Source of the DNA: Thermaceae bacterium
GTDB lineage: Bacteria > Deinococcota > Deinococci > Deinococcales > Marinithermaceae
DNA length: 64,000 nt
Assembly: GCA_027061845.1 (NCBI GenBank)
Contig: JAMOVS010000002.1
Location: 5,690 to 69,689, forward strand
Direction: 5' to 3'
The notes beneath the pieces were generated by a model. It was given only the letters and a program-made list of their open reading frames with translations. It was not told the origin of the DNA and ran no database searches. The translations under genes were made by a program, and so were the position numbers. Positions 55,202-63,763 of this stretch are shown piece after piece. The first letter of the stretch is position 1. Every line of letters begins with the position of its first letter.

Positions 55202-56745
55202 CGCACCTCCGTCATGCCCTCGCTGACCCGGACGTTGCCCCGAACGCGGGTGTAGGCGATGCTAACCCCCAGGCGCTGGTCGAGAAACTCAAAGAACTTG
55301 GCCAGGCGGCGGTTGAACTCCATCATCGCCGGCAGCTCTTCCGGGTCCTCGACGAAGAGCGGGGTGGTCGCCGCCAGCTGCTCGCCGAGGATCTTGAAGG
55401 CGCCGCGGGCGTTGCTGTAGCTTTCCAGGACCGCGTCCTCGGGGATGCGGCCGGCCCAGCGGGCGAAGTCGGGATCGTCCTTGAGCCGGGGTCCGGCCAG
55501 GGTCTGGGCGGCCACCTCGCTGGTGGCCAGCACCAGGCGGTCGCCGAGGTTGAAGAGGAAGACCGGCTGGCCGATTCCCAGGGTGATCTTCTTCCCCTGG
55601 TAGGGGCCGACGTCGTAGCGGCTCACCTCGAAGCCGCCCTGGCCCTCGGGGGTGCTGCTGGCGGCGAACATCTGGAGCCAGCTCATCAGGGTGGTCTCGG
55701 CGGTGAGGTCGTCTCTGGCCTCGAGGTAGAGGAGCATGTCGCCGAGCGGCTTCTGCATCAGCTCGGCGGGGTTCTCGGTAGGCACCACCAGGCTAACGAG
55801 GGCCAGGCGATCGCCGAAGGCGGAGAGGTCCAGCGGGAGTTCGAAACCGGCGGCGGCGGAAAGCTCGGAGAGGTAGTCCCCGAACTCGGGCAGGGAGAAG
55901 CAGTAGCTCGCGACCGTTTGGGCCCGGGGAAAGGTCTCGAGCGGCCAGGGGCGGCAGTTTTCCGGGAGCAGCAGCTTGGCGAGCGCGGGGTCCGCCTCGG
56001 GGTCGAGGACGAAGCGGCTTTGGCTTTCGAGGCCCTGCTTGACCACGGTGAGCGCGGCGGCGTACTCCTTGGGGGCGAGGAGCGCGTTCACCACCCGGGG
56101 CGGGAGGCTTTGGGCGGCGCCCTGGATCAGCGGCTCCAGGGGCCGGGCGTCGAGGTAGAACACCACATCACCAGCTAAGGGGAGCCGCACCCCGGTGGCG
56201 GCGTCTCCTTTGAGGAAGCCGAGGGCAATCGAGTCTTCGGGGTTCGGGCTCACCAGGAGCAGGGCCAGGCCGTCGCGGTAGCCCGCGATCAACGCGAGGT
56301 CGCCCTCCTGATCGAGGTACTTCACGTTCCAGCCGTTCATCGGCCGGGTCCTACCGAGAACCTCGCGGAGGTCCCGGAAGAAGGTCTCCCGGACCCGGGC
56401 CGAGGGGCGGGCCAGCGCCAGAAGGCTGCCGTCCGGGTAGACGGCGAGGATCCCTTCCTCGCCGACCGCGTCCAGGCTGAAGAGCTTGAGGTAGCGTTTG
56501 AGCTCGTCGAGTTCCTGGTCGCCGGGTTTTTCGTCGCCGGCGAAGAGCTCGATCAGGTCCTCGAGGGTCAGCTTCTGCCGCTTGAGCTCGGCCTGGAAGT
56601 CGACGAAAAAGGCCTTTTTCACCGCCAGGTTCTGGGTGTAGAGGACCATCACCGGGCGGCTGGGAACGATCGCGGTCAGGCTCTTGGCGGCCGCCGGCAG
56701 GGCCAGCAGCACCGCGGCCATTAAGAACACGAGAAGCTTTCTCAT
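55195..56745 (-). CDS. Hypothetical secreted protein (516 aa)
   Basis: Signal peptide MRKLLVFLMAAVLLALPAAA. Protein-like composition with no motif I can assign. The stop TAG (55195-55197) overlaps the proposed CTG start of the vWA gene. Confidence 0.6.
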   Translation of the reverse strand: MRKLLVFLMAAVLLALPAAAKSLTAIVPSRPVMVLYTQNLAVKKAFFVDFQAELKRQKLTLEDLIELFAGDEKPGDQELDELKRYLKLFSLDAVGEEGILAVYPDGSLLALARPSARVRETFFRDLREVLGRTRPMNGWNVKYLDQEGDLALIAGYRDGLALLLVSPNPEDSIALGFLKGDAATGVRLPLAGDVVFYLDARPLEPLIQGAAQSLPPRVVNALLAPKEYAAALTVVKQGLESQSRFVLDPEADPALAKLLLPENCRPWPLETFPRAQTVASYCFSLPEFGDYLSELSAAAGFELPLDLSAFGDRLALVSLVVPTENPAELMQKPLGDMLLYLEARDDLTAETTLMSWLQMFAASSTPEGQGGFEVSRYDVGPYQGKKITLGIGQPVFLFNLGDRLVLATSEVAAQTLAGPRLKDDPDFARWAGRIPEDAVLESYSNARGAFKILGEQLAATTPLFVEDPEELPAMMEFNRRLAKFFEFLDQRLGVSIAYTRVRGNVRVSEGMTEVRW

Positions 56746-56773
56746 AACTGGGCTGATTGTACCAGCCGGGGTC

Positions 56774-57295
56774 CTAAAGGTAGTGGGCCTGGAAGCCCCG
56801 TTCCCCCTTTTGCAGCGCCTCGGCCGCCAGACGGGCCAGGGCCCGCCCGGAGGGGGGCGCGTCCAGGAGGCGGCAGGGGGAGAGTCTGGAAAACTCGTCG
56901 GCGGTGAGCTTCTCGGGACCCCGGAGGAGGCGGCCGGCGTCGTAGAGGGCGGCGTAGACCAGGCGGTTCCGGGCGGAGAGGCCCACCGCCACCTCGCCCG
57001 GCACCCGCGCGGCCACCCCGGCCAGGGTGTCCACCCCGACGAAGGGGACGCCGAGGGCCCGGGCCAGCCCCTGGGCGAAGGCGAGCCCCACCCGGAGTCC
57101 GGTGTAGGAGCCCGGGCCCTGGCCGGCAGCCACCCCTTCGAGCCCTTCGGGCGAAAGCCCGGCGCGCGCCAGGAAGCGCTCGAGGGCGGGCACCAAAAGC
57201 TCGTTGTGCCGCCGTTCGGCCCGCAGGGCGAGCTCGGCCTCCGGGCTGCCCAGCACCAGGTAGGGGGTGGCGGTGTCGATCGCGAGAACCCGCAC
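56774..57295 (-). CDS. tsaB: tRNA threonylcarbamoyladenosine biosynthesis protein TsaB (short form)
   Basis: MRVLAIDTAT, GQGPGSYTGLRVGLAFAQGLA and an ASKHA fold. GTG start. At 173 aa it appears to lack most of the C-terminal subdomain. Confidence 0.8.
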   Translation of the reverse strand: MRVLAIDTATPYLVLGSPEAELALRAERRHNELLVPALERFLARAGLSPEGLEGVAAGQGPGSYTGLRVGLAFAQGLARALGVPFVGVDTLAGVAARVPGEVAVGLSARNRLVYAALYDAGRLLRGPEKLTADEFSRLSPCRLLDAPPSGRALARLAAEALQKGERGFQAHYL

Positions 57296-57320
57296 GCGCC
57301 CAGCCTATTAAAGTGGAGGC

Positions 57321-59036
57321 ATGACCTTCAAACGCTTCGCCGAGTACCTGGCGAGAATCGAGGCCGAGAGCGGCCGTCTCGAGATCATCCGCATGCTCTC
57401 CGAGCTCTTTTCCGAGCTTTCCCCCGAGGAGCTGCCCAAGGCGGTGCTCCTGCTCACCGGCCGGGTGGCGCCGGAGTTTCTGGGCCTGGAGTTCGGCGTC
57501 GCCGAGAAGGAGGCGGCCAAGGCCCTGGCGCTCGCCCTCGGCGCCGACGAGGGCGAGGTCTGGAAGCGGGTGCGCGAGGTCGGCGACCTGGGCCGGGTGG
57601 CGGAGGAGCTTCTGCCCGAGCGCGAGGGCGGCATCCCCCTGCTCGAGGTCTACCAGGAGCTGCTCGCCCTGGCCCAGGACTCGGGGCCCGGCTCCCAGCT
57701 CAGGAAACGGGAACGGCTGGCGGCGCTCCTCAAGCGGGCGAGCCCGCTGGAAGCGGTCTACATCCTCCGCATCGTCACCGGCCGGCTGCGGCTGGGGGTG
57801 GGGGAGGCCACCATCCTCGAGGCCCTGGCCCAGGCGGTGCTCGGCGATCGCGGCAAGCGGCCGCTCCTGGAGCGGGCCTACAACCTCACCTCCGACCTCG
57901 CCTACGTCGCCGAGCTCGCCCTCAAGGGCGAGGAGGCCCTGGCCCAGGTCCAGGTCCAGGTGGGCAAGCCGATCCGGATGATGCTCGCCGAGCGGCTGCC
58001 CTCGCCGGAGATGATCATGAAGAAGCTGGGCCGTCACATCGCCGAGTACAAGTACGACGGCGAGCGCATCCAGGTGCACTATGACGGCGAGCGGTTTTGG
58101 ATCTACTCCCGGCGGATCGAGAACATCACCCATCAGTACCCGGACCTGCTCGAGGCCTTCCGCGAGCACCTCAAAAAGCCCTACATCCTCGAGGCCGAGG
58201 CGGTGGTCCACGACCCCGTCACCGGCGAGCCGCTGCCCTTCCAGTACGTCCTGAACCGCAAGGTCAAGCACCTCACCGAGGCGTTGATGGAGCGCTACCC
58301 GGTGCGGGCCTACGTCTTCGAGCTCCTCTACCTGGACGGCGAGCCCCTGCTCGACCTGCCGCTGGTGGAGCGGCGCAAGCGGCTCGAGTCCTTCGTGCCC
58401 CCCTCGGAGCGCTTCGAGCCCTCGACCGCCCGCTGGATCGAGACCGTCGAGGAGCTCGAGGCCTTCTACGAGGAGGCGCTGGAGGTCGGCGACGAGGGGC
58501 TGATGTGCAAGAAGCCCGACGGCAACTACGAGGCCGGCAAGCGCGGCTTCAAGTGGGTCAAGTTCAAGCGCGCCGCCGGCGGCCGCCTGGCCGACACCCT
58601 GGACGTGGTGGTGGTCGGGGCCTGGTGGGGCCGGGGGCGCCGCAGCGGCACCTACGGCTCGCTCCTCGTCGCCACCTACAACCCCGAGGAGGACCGCTTC
58701 GAGACCGTCTCCAAGGTGGGCTCGGGCTTTACCGACGAGGACCTGCAAAAGATCCTGCCCCAGCGCCTCGACCCCCTCCGCCGCGAGGAGCCCTCGCCCC
58801 GGGTCTGGGCGCTCCTCGAGCCCGACGTCTGGTTCGAGCCCGGGCTGGTGATCGAGGTGGAGGCCCAGGAGATCACCCTGAGCCCCAACCACACCTGCGC
58901 CTACGGCAAGGTCAAGGAGGGGCGGGGGCTCGCGCTCCGCTTCCCCCGTTTCCTCCGGTACCGGGACGACAAGAAGCCCGAGGAGGCCACCACTTCCCAG
59001 GAGGTGGTCGAGCTCTACCGGATGCAGTGGAAGTAG
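57321..59036 (+). CDS. lig: ATP-dependent DNA ligase, Lig1/archaeal type (DNA-binding, adenylation and OB domains)
   Basis: Motif I EYKYDGERIQV (KxDG), YILEAEAVV, YVFELLYLDGE, EGLMCKKPDGNYEAGKRGFKWVKFK, VVGAWWGRGRR and motif VI LRFPRFLRYRDDK. About 220 aa of N-terminal DNA-binding domain precede motif I. SD GTGGAGG lies upstream of the ATG. Confidence 0.9.
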   Translation: MTFKRFAEYLARIEAESGRLEIIRMLSELFSELSPEELPKAVLLLTGRVAPEFLGLEFGVAEKEAAKALALALGADEGEVWKRVREVGDLGRVAEELLPEREGGIPLLEVYQELLALAQDSGPGSQLRKRERLAALLKRASPLEAVYILRIVTGRLRLGVGEATILEALAQAVLGDRGKRPLLERAYNLTSDLAYVAELALKGEEALAQVQVQVGKPIRMMLAERLPSPEMIMKKLGRHIAEYKYDGERIQVHYDGERFWIYSRRIENITHQYPDLLEAFREHLKKPYILEAEAVVHDPVTGEPLPFQYVLNRKVKHLTEALMERYPVRAYVFELLYLDGEPLLDLPLVERRKRLESFVPPSERFEPSTARWIETVEELEAFYEEALEVGDEGLMCKKPDGNYEAGKRGFKWVKFKRAAGGRLADTLDVVVVGAWWGRGRRSGTYGSLLVATYNPEEDRFETVSKVGSGFTDEDLQKILPQRLDPLRREEPSPRVWALLEPDVWFEPGLVIEVEAQEITLSPNHTCAYGKVKEGRGLALRFPRFLRYRDDKKPEEATTSQEVVELYRMQWK

Positions 59037-59068
59037 CTTCTCATCGAGAGGGAGGGTAAAGAAGAGCC

Positions 59069-59725
59069 ATGCAGCGGGTCATCTTCGCCATCATCGCGAC
59101 GGTCGCGGTCTTGCTCATCGGCGGGATCGTTCTGCTCGGTCGGGGGAAGCCGTCCCCGGCCGCCCCGGCGCCGGAAACCACCATCGAAAACCCCGATCCC
59201 CTACTGAAGGCCCACGTGGTCTTGGGCCGCCCCGAGGCCCCGGTCGCGGTGGTGGAGTTCTCCAACTACCGCTGTCCCCACTGCCGGGACCACGCGCTAA
59301 AAGTCCTCCCGCGCCTGGTCGCCGACTACGTCGAGCCCGGTAAGGTGCGCTACGTCTTCCGCTCGCTGCCCTTCCAGGGCCAGGACGACGTCTTCATGGC
59401 CAGCGTCGCCGCCGGTTGCGCCTTTGATCAGTCCCAAGACCGTTTCCTCGACTACCACCTGCTCCTCTTTCGGGCGGTGAACGACTGGGCCGGCCTCGAG
59501 GGCGAGGCGCTCACCGGGAAACTCACCGACTACGCCCGTCAGCTCAGCCTCGACCCCGAGGCCTTCCGCGCCTGCTTAACGAGCGAGGAGGCCCAGGCCC
59601 GCGTCCGCTTCGACCGGGAGCTCGCCCTCGCCCTGGGGGTCGACGGCACCCCGACCTTCTTCATCAACGGCAAAAAGGAGGTCGGCTTCATGCCTTACGA
59701 CCGCTGGCAGGAGCTCTTGAAGTAG
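59069..59725 (+). CDS. DsbA-family thiol:disulfide oxidoreductase
   Basis: N-terminal TM anchor, thioredoxin-fold CPHC active site and a downstream GTPTFFING cis-Pro region. Confidence 0.8.
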   Translation: MQRVIFAIIATVAVLLIGGIVLLGRGKPSPAAPAPETTIENPDPLLKAHVVLGRPEAPVAVVEFSNYRCPHCRDHALKVLPRLVADYVEPGKVRYVFRSLPFQGQDDVFMASVAAGCAFDQSQDRFLDYHLLLFRAVNDWAGLEGEALTGKLTDYARQLSLDPEAFRACLTSEEAQARVRFDRELALALGVDGTPTFFINGKKEVGFMPYDRWQELLK

Positions 59726-59734
59726 CGGCACGGG

Positions 59735-60283
59735 CTACTTGCCGACGTTCAGCTGGATCGTCGCCGAAAGCCTTTCCAGGTAGAGCTTGTTGCCGGCGGT
59801 GCCGCCGCTCACGACCGCCCCCAGGTACAGGCTCCGGCGGTTGATGCCGCGGGCCAATACCTCCCCGCTCAGGGTCAGGGGGACCGGGCCGGCGGTGTTG
59901 TGGAAGGCCAGGGTCTCCTGGCTGACCTTGTCAACCCCCGGGGTTCCCGGGTCGCAGGCGTAGAAGTAGCCGGTGGCGATCGTCCCCACCTTGGTGCAGC
60001 CCAGGTCGGCGGGGCTGGCGTCGGCGGCGTAGACGTCGAAGCTCAGCTGGGCGCTTTGCGCCAGCCGGGCCTGGCCGCGGATGGTCACCGAGGCGACGCT
60101 GACGCCCGGAAGCGGGTTCTCGAAGGCCACCGGACTTTCTGGAAAGAGCACCTTTCCGGCACTGTCCATGGCCACCGTCAGGTCCAGGGTGACGTTTGAG
60201 AGCCCGATCGTCACCGGCGGGGTGGTGCAGGCGGCGAGCAGGCCCAGGCCCAAAAGCAGCAGCATCCGAGGCAGCTTCTTCAC
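59735..60283 (-). CDS. Hypothetical lipoprotein
   Basis: (M)[18 protein letters not shown] lipobox, followed by a Thr/Val/Ser-rich beta-type sequence. Candidate starts are GTG 60283 (preferred), ATG 60265 and ATG 60313. The 501-aa ORF-track entry is upstream off-frame read-through across tdk. Confidence 0.6.
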   Translation of the reverse strand: MKKLPRMLLLLGLGLLAACTTPPVTIGLSNVTLDLTVAMDSAGKVLFPESPVAFENPLPGVSVASVTIRGQARLAQSAQLSFDVYAADASPADLGCTKVGTIATGYFYACDPGTPGVDKVSQETLAFHNTAGPVPLTLSGEVLARGINRRSLYLGAVVSGGTAGNKLYLERLSATIQLNVGK

Positions 60284-60354
60284 GGGTCCAGTGTAGGGGC
60301 TAGCCCGGGGCATTGCCAGGGGGCGGGCTTTTTGGTAAGTTGGGTCGGTGTTTG

Positions 60355-60376
60355 GCGCACGACCAAGCCCGTGCGC
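60355..60376 (+). promoter_or_regulatory. Leader hairpin abutting the rpmE Shine-Dalgarno sequence
   Basis: GCGCACG(60355-60361)/CGTGCGC(60370-60376), a 7-bp stem with an 8-nt loop, directly followed by GGAGGT (60377-60382) and the ATG at 60389. Confidence 0.3.
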
Positions 60377-60388
60377 GGAGGTACGAAG

Positions 60389-60625
60389 ATGAAGAAAGAG
60401 ATCCACCCGAAGCTCGTGCCCGCCCGCATCATCTGCGGTTGCGGCAACGTCATCGAGACCTACTCCACCAAGTCCGAGATCCACGTCGAGGTTTGCTCCG
60501 CCTGCCACCCGTTCTACACCGGTCAGCAGCGCTTCGTCGACACCGAGGGCCGGGTCGAGCGCTTCCAGCGGCGCTACGGCGACTCCTACAAAAAGAACCT
60601 GCGCCGCAAGAAGACCAAGGCCTAG
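60389..60625 (+). CDS. rpmE: 50S ribosomal protein L31 (zinc-ribbon, Cys-containing form)
   Basis: MKKEIHPK.., CGCG .. [10 protein letters not shown]. The ATG at 60389 follows the SD; the ORF-track start at 60332 is an upstream in-frame extension. Confidence 0.93.
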   Translation: MKKEIHPKLVPARIICGCGNVIETYSTKSEIHVEVCSACHPFYTGQQRFVDTEGRVERFQRRYGDSYKKNLRRKKTKA

Positions 60626-60630
60626 CTCCC

Positions 60631-60656
60631 GGGCCCGCGACCCGCGGGCCCTTTTT
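60631..60656 (+). terminator. Rho-independent terminator after rpmE
   Basis: Perfect 9-bp stem GGGCCCGCG(60631-60639)/CGCGGGCCC(60643-60651), a 3-nt loop, then TTTTT (60652-60656). Confidence 0.8.
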
Positions 60657-60667
60657 CGTTGCCTGCC

Positions 60668-61261
60668 ATGACCACGCCACCGCTTTTTCCCGCCCCGGGC
60701 TGGATCGAGGTCATCGTCGGCCCGATGTTCTCGGGCAAGTCCGAGGAGCTGATCCGCCGGGTCAAGCGCGCCCTGATCGCCGGCCAGCGGGTGCAGGTCT
60801 TCAAGCCCAAGCTCGACGACCGCTACCACAAGACCGACGTCACCAGCCACGACGGCACCCGCATCGAGGCGGTGCCGGTGGAGAGTAGCGGTGCCCTCTT
60901 CGAGGCCCTGGAGCGCCCCTTCCCCCACCTGGTGGCGGTGGACGAGGGGCAGTTCTTCGACGACGGACTGATCACGCTCGCCGAGCGCCTGGCCGACGCC
61001 GGGGTGCGGGTGATCGTCGCCGGGCTCGACATGGACTTCCGCGGCGAGCCCTTCGGACCGGTCCCCGCCCTTTTGGCCCGGGCCGAGTTCGTGGAGAAGC
61101 TGACCGCGGTCTGCGTGCGCTGCGGCGCCCCCGCCACCCGGACCCAGCGTCTGATCGACGGCGAGCCGGCGAGTTACGACGACCCGGTGGTGCTGGTGGG
61201 GGCGGCCGAGACCTACGAGCCCCGCTGCCGCCGCTGCCACGTGGTAAAACCAAAGCGGTGA
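60668..61261 (+). CDS. tdk: Thymidine kinase
   Basis: P-loop [18 protein letters not shown] and a C-terminal zinc ribbon (CVRCGAPA ... CRRCH). ATG at 60668, with an alternative TTG at 60659. Confidence 0.92.
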   Translation: MTTPPLFPAPGWIEVIVGPMFSGKSEELIRRVKRALIAGQRVQVFKPKLDDRYHKTDVTSHDGTRIEAVPVESSGALFEALERPFPHLVAVDEGQFFDDGLITLAERLADAGVRVIVAGLDMDFRGEPFGPVPALLARAEFVEKLTAVCVRCGAPATRTQRLIDGEPASYDDPVVLVGAAETYEPRCRRCHVVKPKR

Positions 61262-62175
61262 CCCCCGCGATCCCGGTGCTCGCCGGCCCCACGGCGACCG
61301 GCAAGAGCGCGCTGGCGCTCCGGCTGGCCGAGGAGCGGGGCCTGGAGATCGTCAACGCCGACGCCACCCTGGTCTACCAGGGCCTCGACATCGGCACCGC
61401 CAAGCCCACCAAGGACGAGCTTGCCCGGGTGCCCCACCACCTGGTGGACGTGCTCCTCCCCAGCGAGGAGATGAGCGTGGTCCGATTCCTGGACCTGGCC
61501 GAGGCGGCGATCGCCGACGTGCTGAGCCGGGGAAAGCTCCCCCTGGTGGTTGGGGGGACCGGTTATTACATCCGGGCGCTCTCCCAGGGCATCCCCAAGG
61601 TGCCCCCGCCCGAGCCCGGTCTCATGGCCGCGCTCGAGGCCGAGCTCGAGGCCCGCGGCGTCGACGCCCTCTTCCAGGAGCTGGCCGGGGCGAGCCCGGA
61701 GGACGCCGCCCGTGTGGGCAGGAACCCCCGGCGGCTGCTGCGGGCCCTCTTCATCCTGCGCCAGACCGGGACCCCGCCGGCCCGCCTGCCCTGGCGGAGG
61801 CCCCGGTTCGCCTACAAGAAGCTGATCCTCTGGCCCGAGCGCGAGGCCCTGCTCCCCATCATCCAGTCCCGCGCCCGGGCCCAGTTCGAAGCCGGGCTGG
61901 TCGAGGAGGTACGGGGGCTGCTTGCGGCCTACCCCGAGATGCCCACCGCGCTCCAGACGATCGGCTACAAGGAGGTGGTGCGCCACCTCGAGGGCGAGCT
62001 CACCCTGGAGGAGGCGATCGAGGCCGACTGGCGGGCGGTCTGGCGCTACGCCCGGCGGCAGTACACCTGGTTCCGCCGGGAGCCCGGCGACGTCACCTAC
62101 CTGCCCCGCAGGGGCGAGGCCGCCTGGGAAGGACTTTCGGACTGGTTTTCCCTTTATTTCCAAGCGCTATACTGA
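61258..62175 (+). CDS. miaA: tRNA dimethylallyltransferase
   Basis: P-loop [25 protein letters not shown] and GGTGYY. The GTG start overlaps the tdk stop (GTGA). Confidence 0.93.
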   Translation: MTPAIPVLAGPTATGKSALALRLAEERGLEIVNADATLVYQGLDIGTAKPTKDELARVPHHLVDVLLPSEEMSVVRFLDLAEAAIADVLSRGKLPLVVGGTGYYIRALSQGIPKVPPPEPGLMAALEAELEARGVDALFQELAGASPEDAARVGRNPRRLLRALFILRQTGTPPARLPWRRPRFAYKKLILWPEREALLPIIQSRARAQFEAGLVEEVRGLLAAYPEMPTALQTIGYKEVVRHLEGELTLEEAIEADWRAVWRYARRQYTWFRREPGDVTYLPRRGEAAWEGLSDWFSLYFQALY

Positions 62176-62181
62176 GCTTTC

Positions 62182-62937
62182 GTGGAGTTTGCCGTCGAGT
62201 TCGAGGACGTCAGCGTCCGGTTCGGCACCTACACCGCCCTGGAGGGGATCAACCTCAAGGTTCCCGCCGGGGCGTTCGTGGCCATCATCGGCCCCAACGG
62301 GGCGGGGAAGAGCACGCTCTTGAAGCTCGTCCTCGGGCTTCTGCGCCCGAGTTCGGGGCGGGTCCTGGTCTTCGGGGTGCCGGCGCCGCGGGCGCCCGCC
62401 GAGTGGCTCGGTTACGTGCCTCAGTTCAAGACCCTGGACCGGAGCTTCCCCGCGCTCGCCATCGAGCTGGTGGCCACCGGGATCCGCCGGCGCTGGCCCT
62501 TCCGGCTCTCCCCGGTGGAGCGGGAGGCGAGCCTCGAGGCCCTCCGCCGGGTCCGCGGCGAGGAGCTCGCCTACCGCCGGCTGGCCCGGCTCTCCGGCGG
62601 CGAGCTGCAGCGGGTCTACCTGGCCCGGGCCTTCGTGCGCCGGCCCCGGCTCTTGCTCCTCGACGAGCCCGCCACCGGCATGGACGTGCTCGGCGAGGCC
62701 GACATGTACCGCATGCTGGAGCGCTACCAGCGCGAGCACGACGCCACCGTCTTGATGATCACCCACGACTGGGAGGCGGCCCGGCACCACGCCACCCACG
62801 TGCTGGTCCTGAACCGCCGGGTGATCGGCTTCGGCCCTCCCGAGCGGGCGCTTTCCGACGAGTGCCTGCGCCGGGCCTTCGGCCACGTGGGTCACCCGCA
62901 CGAGCTCAGCTTTAGCGTGGGGTCGCGCGATGCTTGA
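62182..62937 (+). CDS. znuC: Metal (Zn/Mn-type) ABC transporter ATP-binding protein
   Basis: Walker A GPNGAGKST, LSGGELQRV and LLLLDEP. It is followed by an ABC-3 permease. The metal specificity is not established. Confidence 0.82.
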   Translation: MEFAVEFEDVSVRFGTYTALEGINLKVPAGAFVAIIGPNGAGKSTLLKLVLGLLRPSSGRVLVFGVPAPRAPAEWLGYVPQFKTLDRSFPALAIELVATGIRRRWPFRLSPVEREASLEALRRVRGEELAYRRLARLSGGELQRVYLARAFVRRPRLLLLDEPATGMDVLGEADMYRMLERYQREHDATVLMITHDWEAARHHATHVLVLNRRVIGFGPPERALSDECLRRAFGHVGHPHELSFSVGSRDA

Positions 62938-63727
62938 CCTCCTGAGTTTGCCCTTCATGCAGCGGGCCCTGCTCGCCGGGCTCTTGGTGGGGGCGACCGC
63001 CAGCTACTTCGGCGTCTTCGTGGTGCAGCGGCGGATGAGCTTTCTGGGCTCGGGGCTCGCCCACGCCGCCCTGGGCGGGGTGGCGCTCGGCCTTTTCCTG
63101 GACGCGGAGCCGCTCTACGTGGCCCTGCCCTTCACCGTTTTGATCGCGCTTTTGATCGCCTGGGTGCGGGAGCGCACCGAGCTCGGCGGCGACACCGCGG
63201 TGGGCGTCTTCTTCTCGCTCTCGGTGGCGTTCGGCGTGGTGCTGCTCGCGCTCAAGAGCGAGTACACCGCCGACGCCATGGCCTACCTCTTCGGCTCGAT
63301 CCTGGCGGTGACCCCGGCCGACCTCGGGGCGGTGGCGCTGGTGGCGGCGGTGACGCTGCTTCTCTTTCCCTTCTGGGAGCGCTGGGCCTACGCCACCTTC
63401 GACCGCGACCTGGCCCGGGCCGACCGGCTGCCGGTGCTCTTCGACGACTACCTGCTCACCGCCATGGTGGCGGCGGTGGTGGTGAGCGCGGTCAAGGTAG
63501 TGGGGATCCTGCTGGTGGCCGCTTTCCTGGTCATCCCGGCGGCCACCGCCCGGCTCTTTTCCAGGACCTTCGCCCAGATGACCCTGCTCGCGGTCGTCCT
63601 GGGGGTCGCCGGCGTGATCGCCGGGTTGATCGCCTCCTACCTCTACGACGTTCCCAGCGGGGCCACCATCATCCTGGTGGAGAGCGCGTTCTTCCTGCTC
63701 GGGCTGCTGGCGGTGCGAAAAATCTAG
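62930..63727 (+). CDS. znuB: Metal (Zn/Mn-type) ABC transporter permease (ABC-3 family)
   Basis: FMQRALLAGLLVG N-terminus, about 8 hydrophobic helices, and an 8-nt overlap with the ATPase gene. Confidence 0.82.
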   Translation: MLDLLSLPFMQRALLAGLLVGATASYFGVFVVQRRMSFLGSGLAHAALGGVALGLFLDAEPLYVALPFTVLIALLIAWVRERTELGGDTAVGVFFSLSVAFGVVLLALKSEYTADAMAYLFGSILAVTPADLGAVALVAAVTLLLFPFWERWAYATFDRDLARADRLPVLFDDYLLTAMVAAVVVSAVKVVGILLVAAFLVIPAATARLFSRTFAQMTLLAVVLGVAGVIAGLIASYLYDVPSGATIILVESAFFLLGLLAVRKI

Positions 63728-63763
63728 CAAATCCATACGGGATTTAGGGGTTAAAATGAGTCC

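Noticed and set aside
60303-60333. GCCCG...CGGGC plus TTTTT on the + strand upstream of rpmE, considered as a terminator.
   Set aside because: No + strand gene ends upstream of it; the preceding gene is on the minus strand. The stem is imperfect, and it overlaps the possible 5' end of the lipoprotein gene. It is more likely coincidental or part of the rpmE promoter region.
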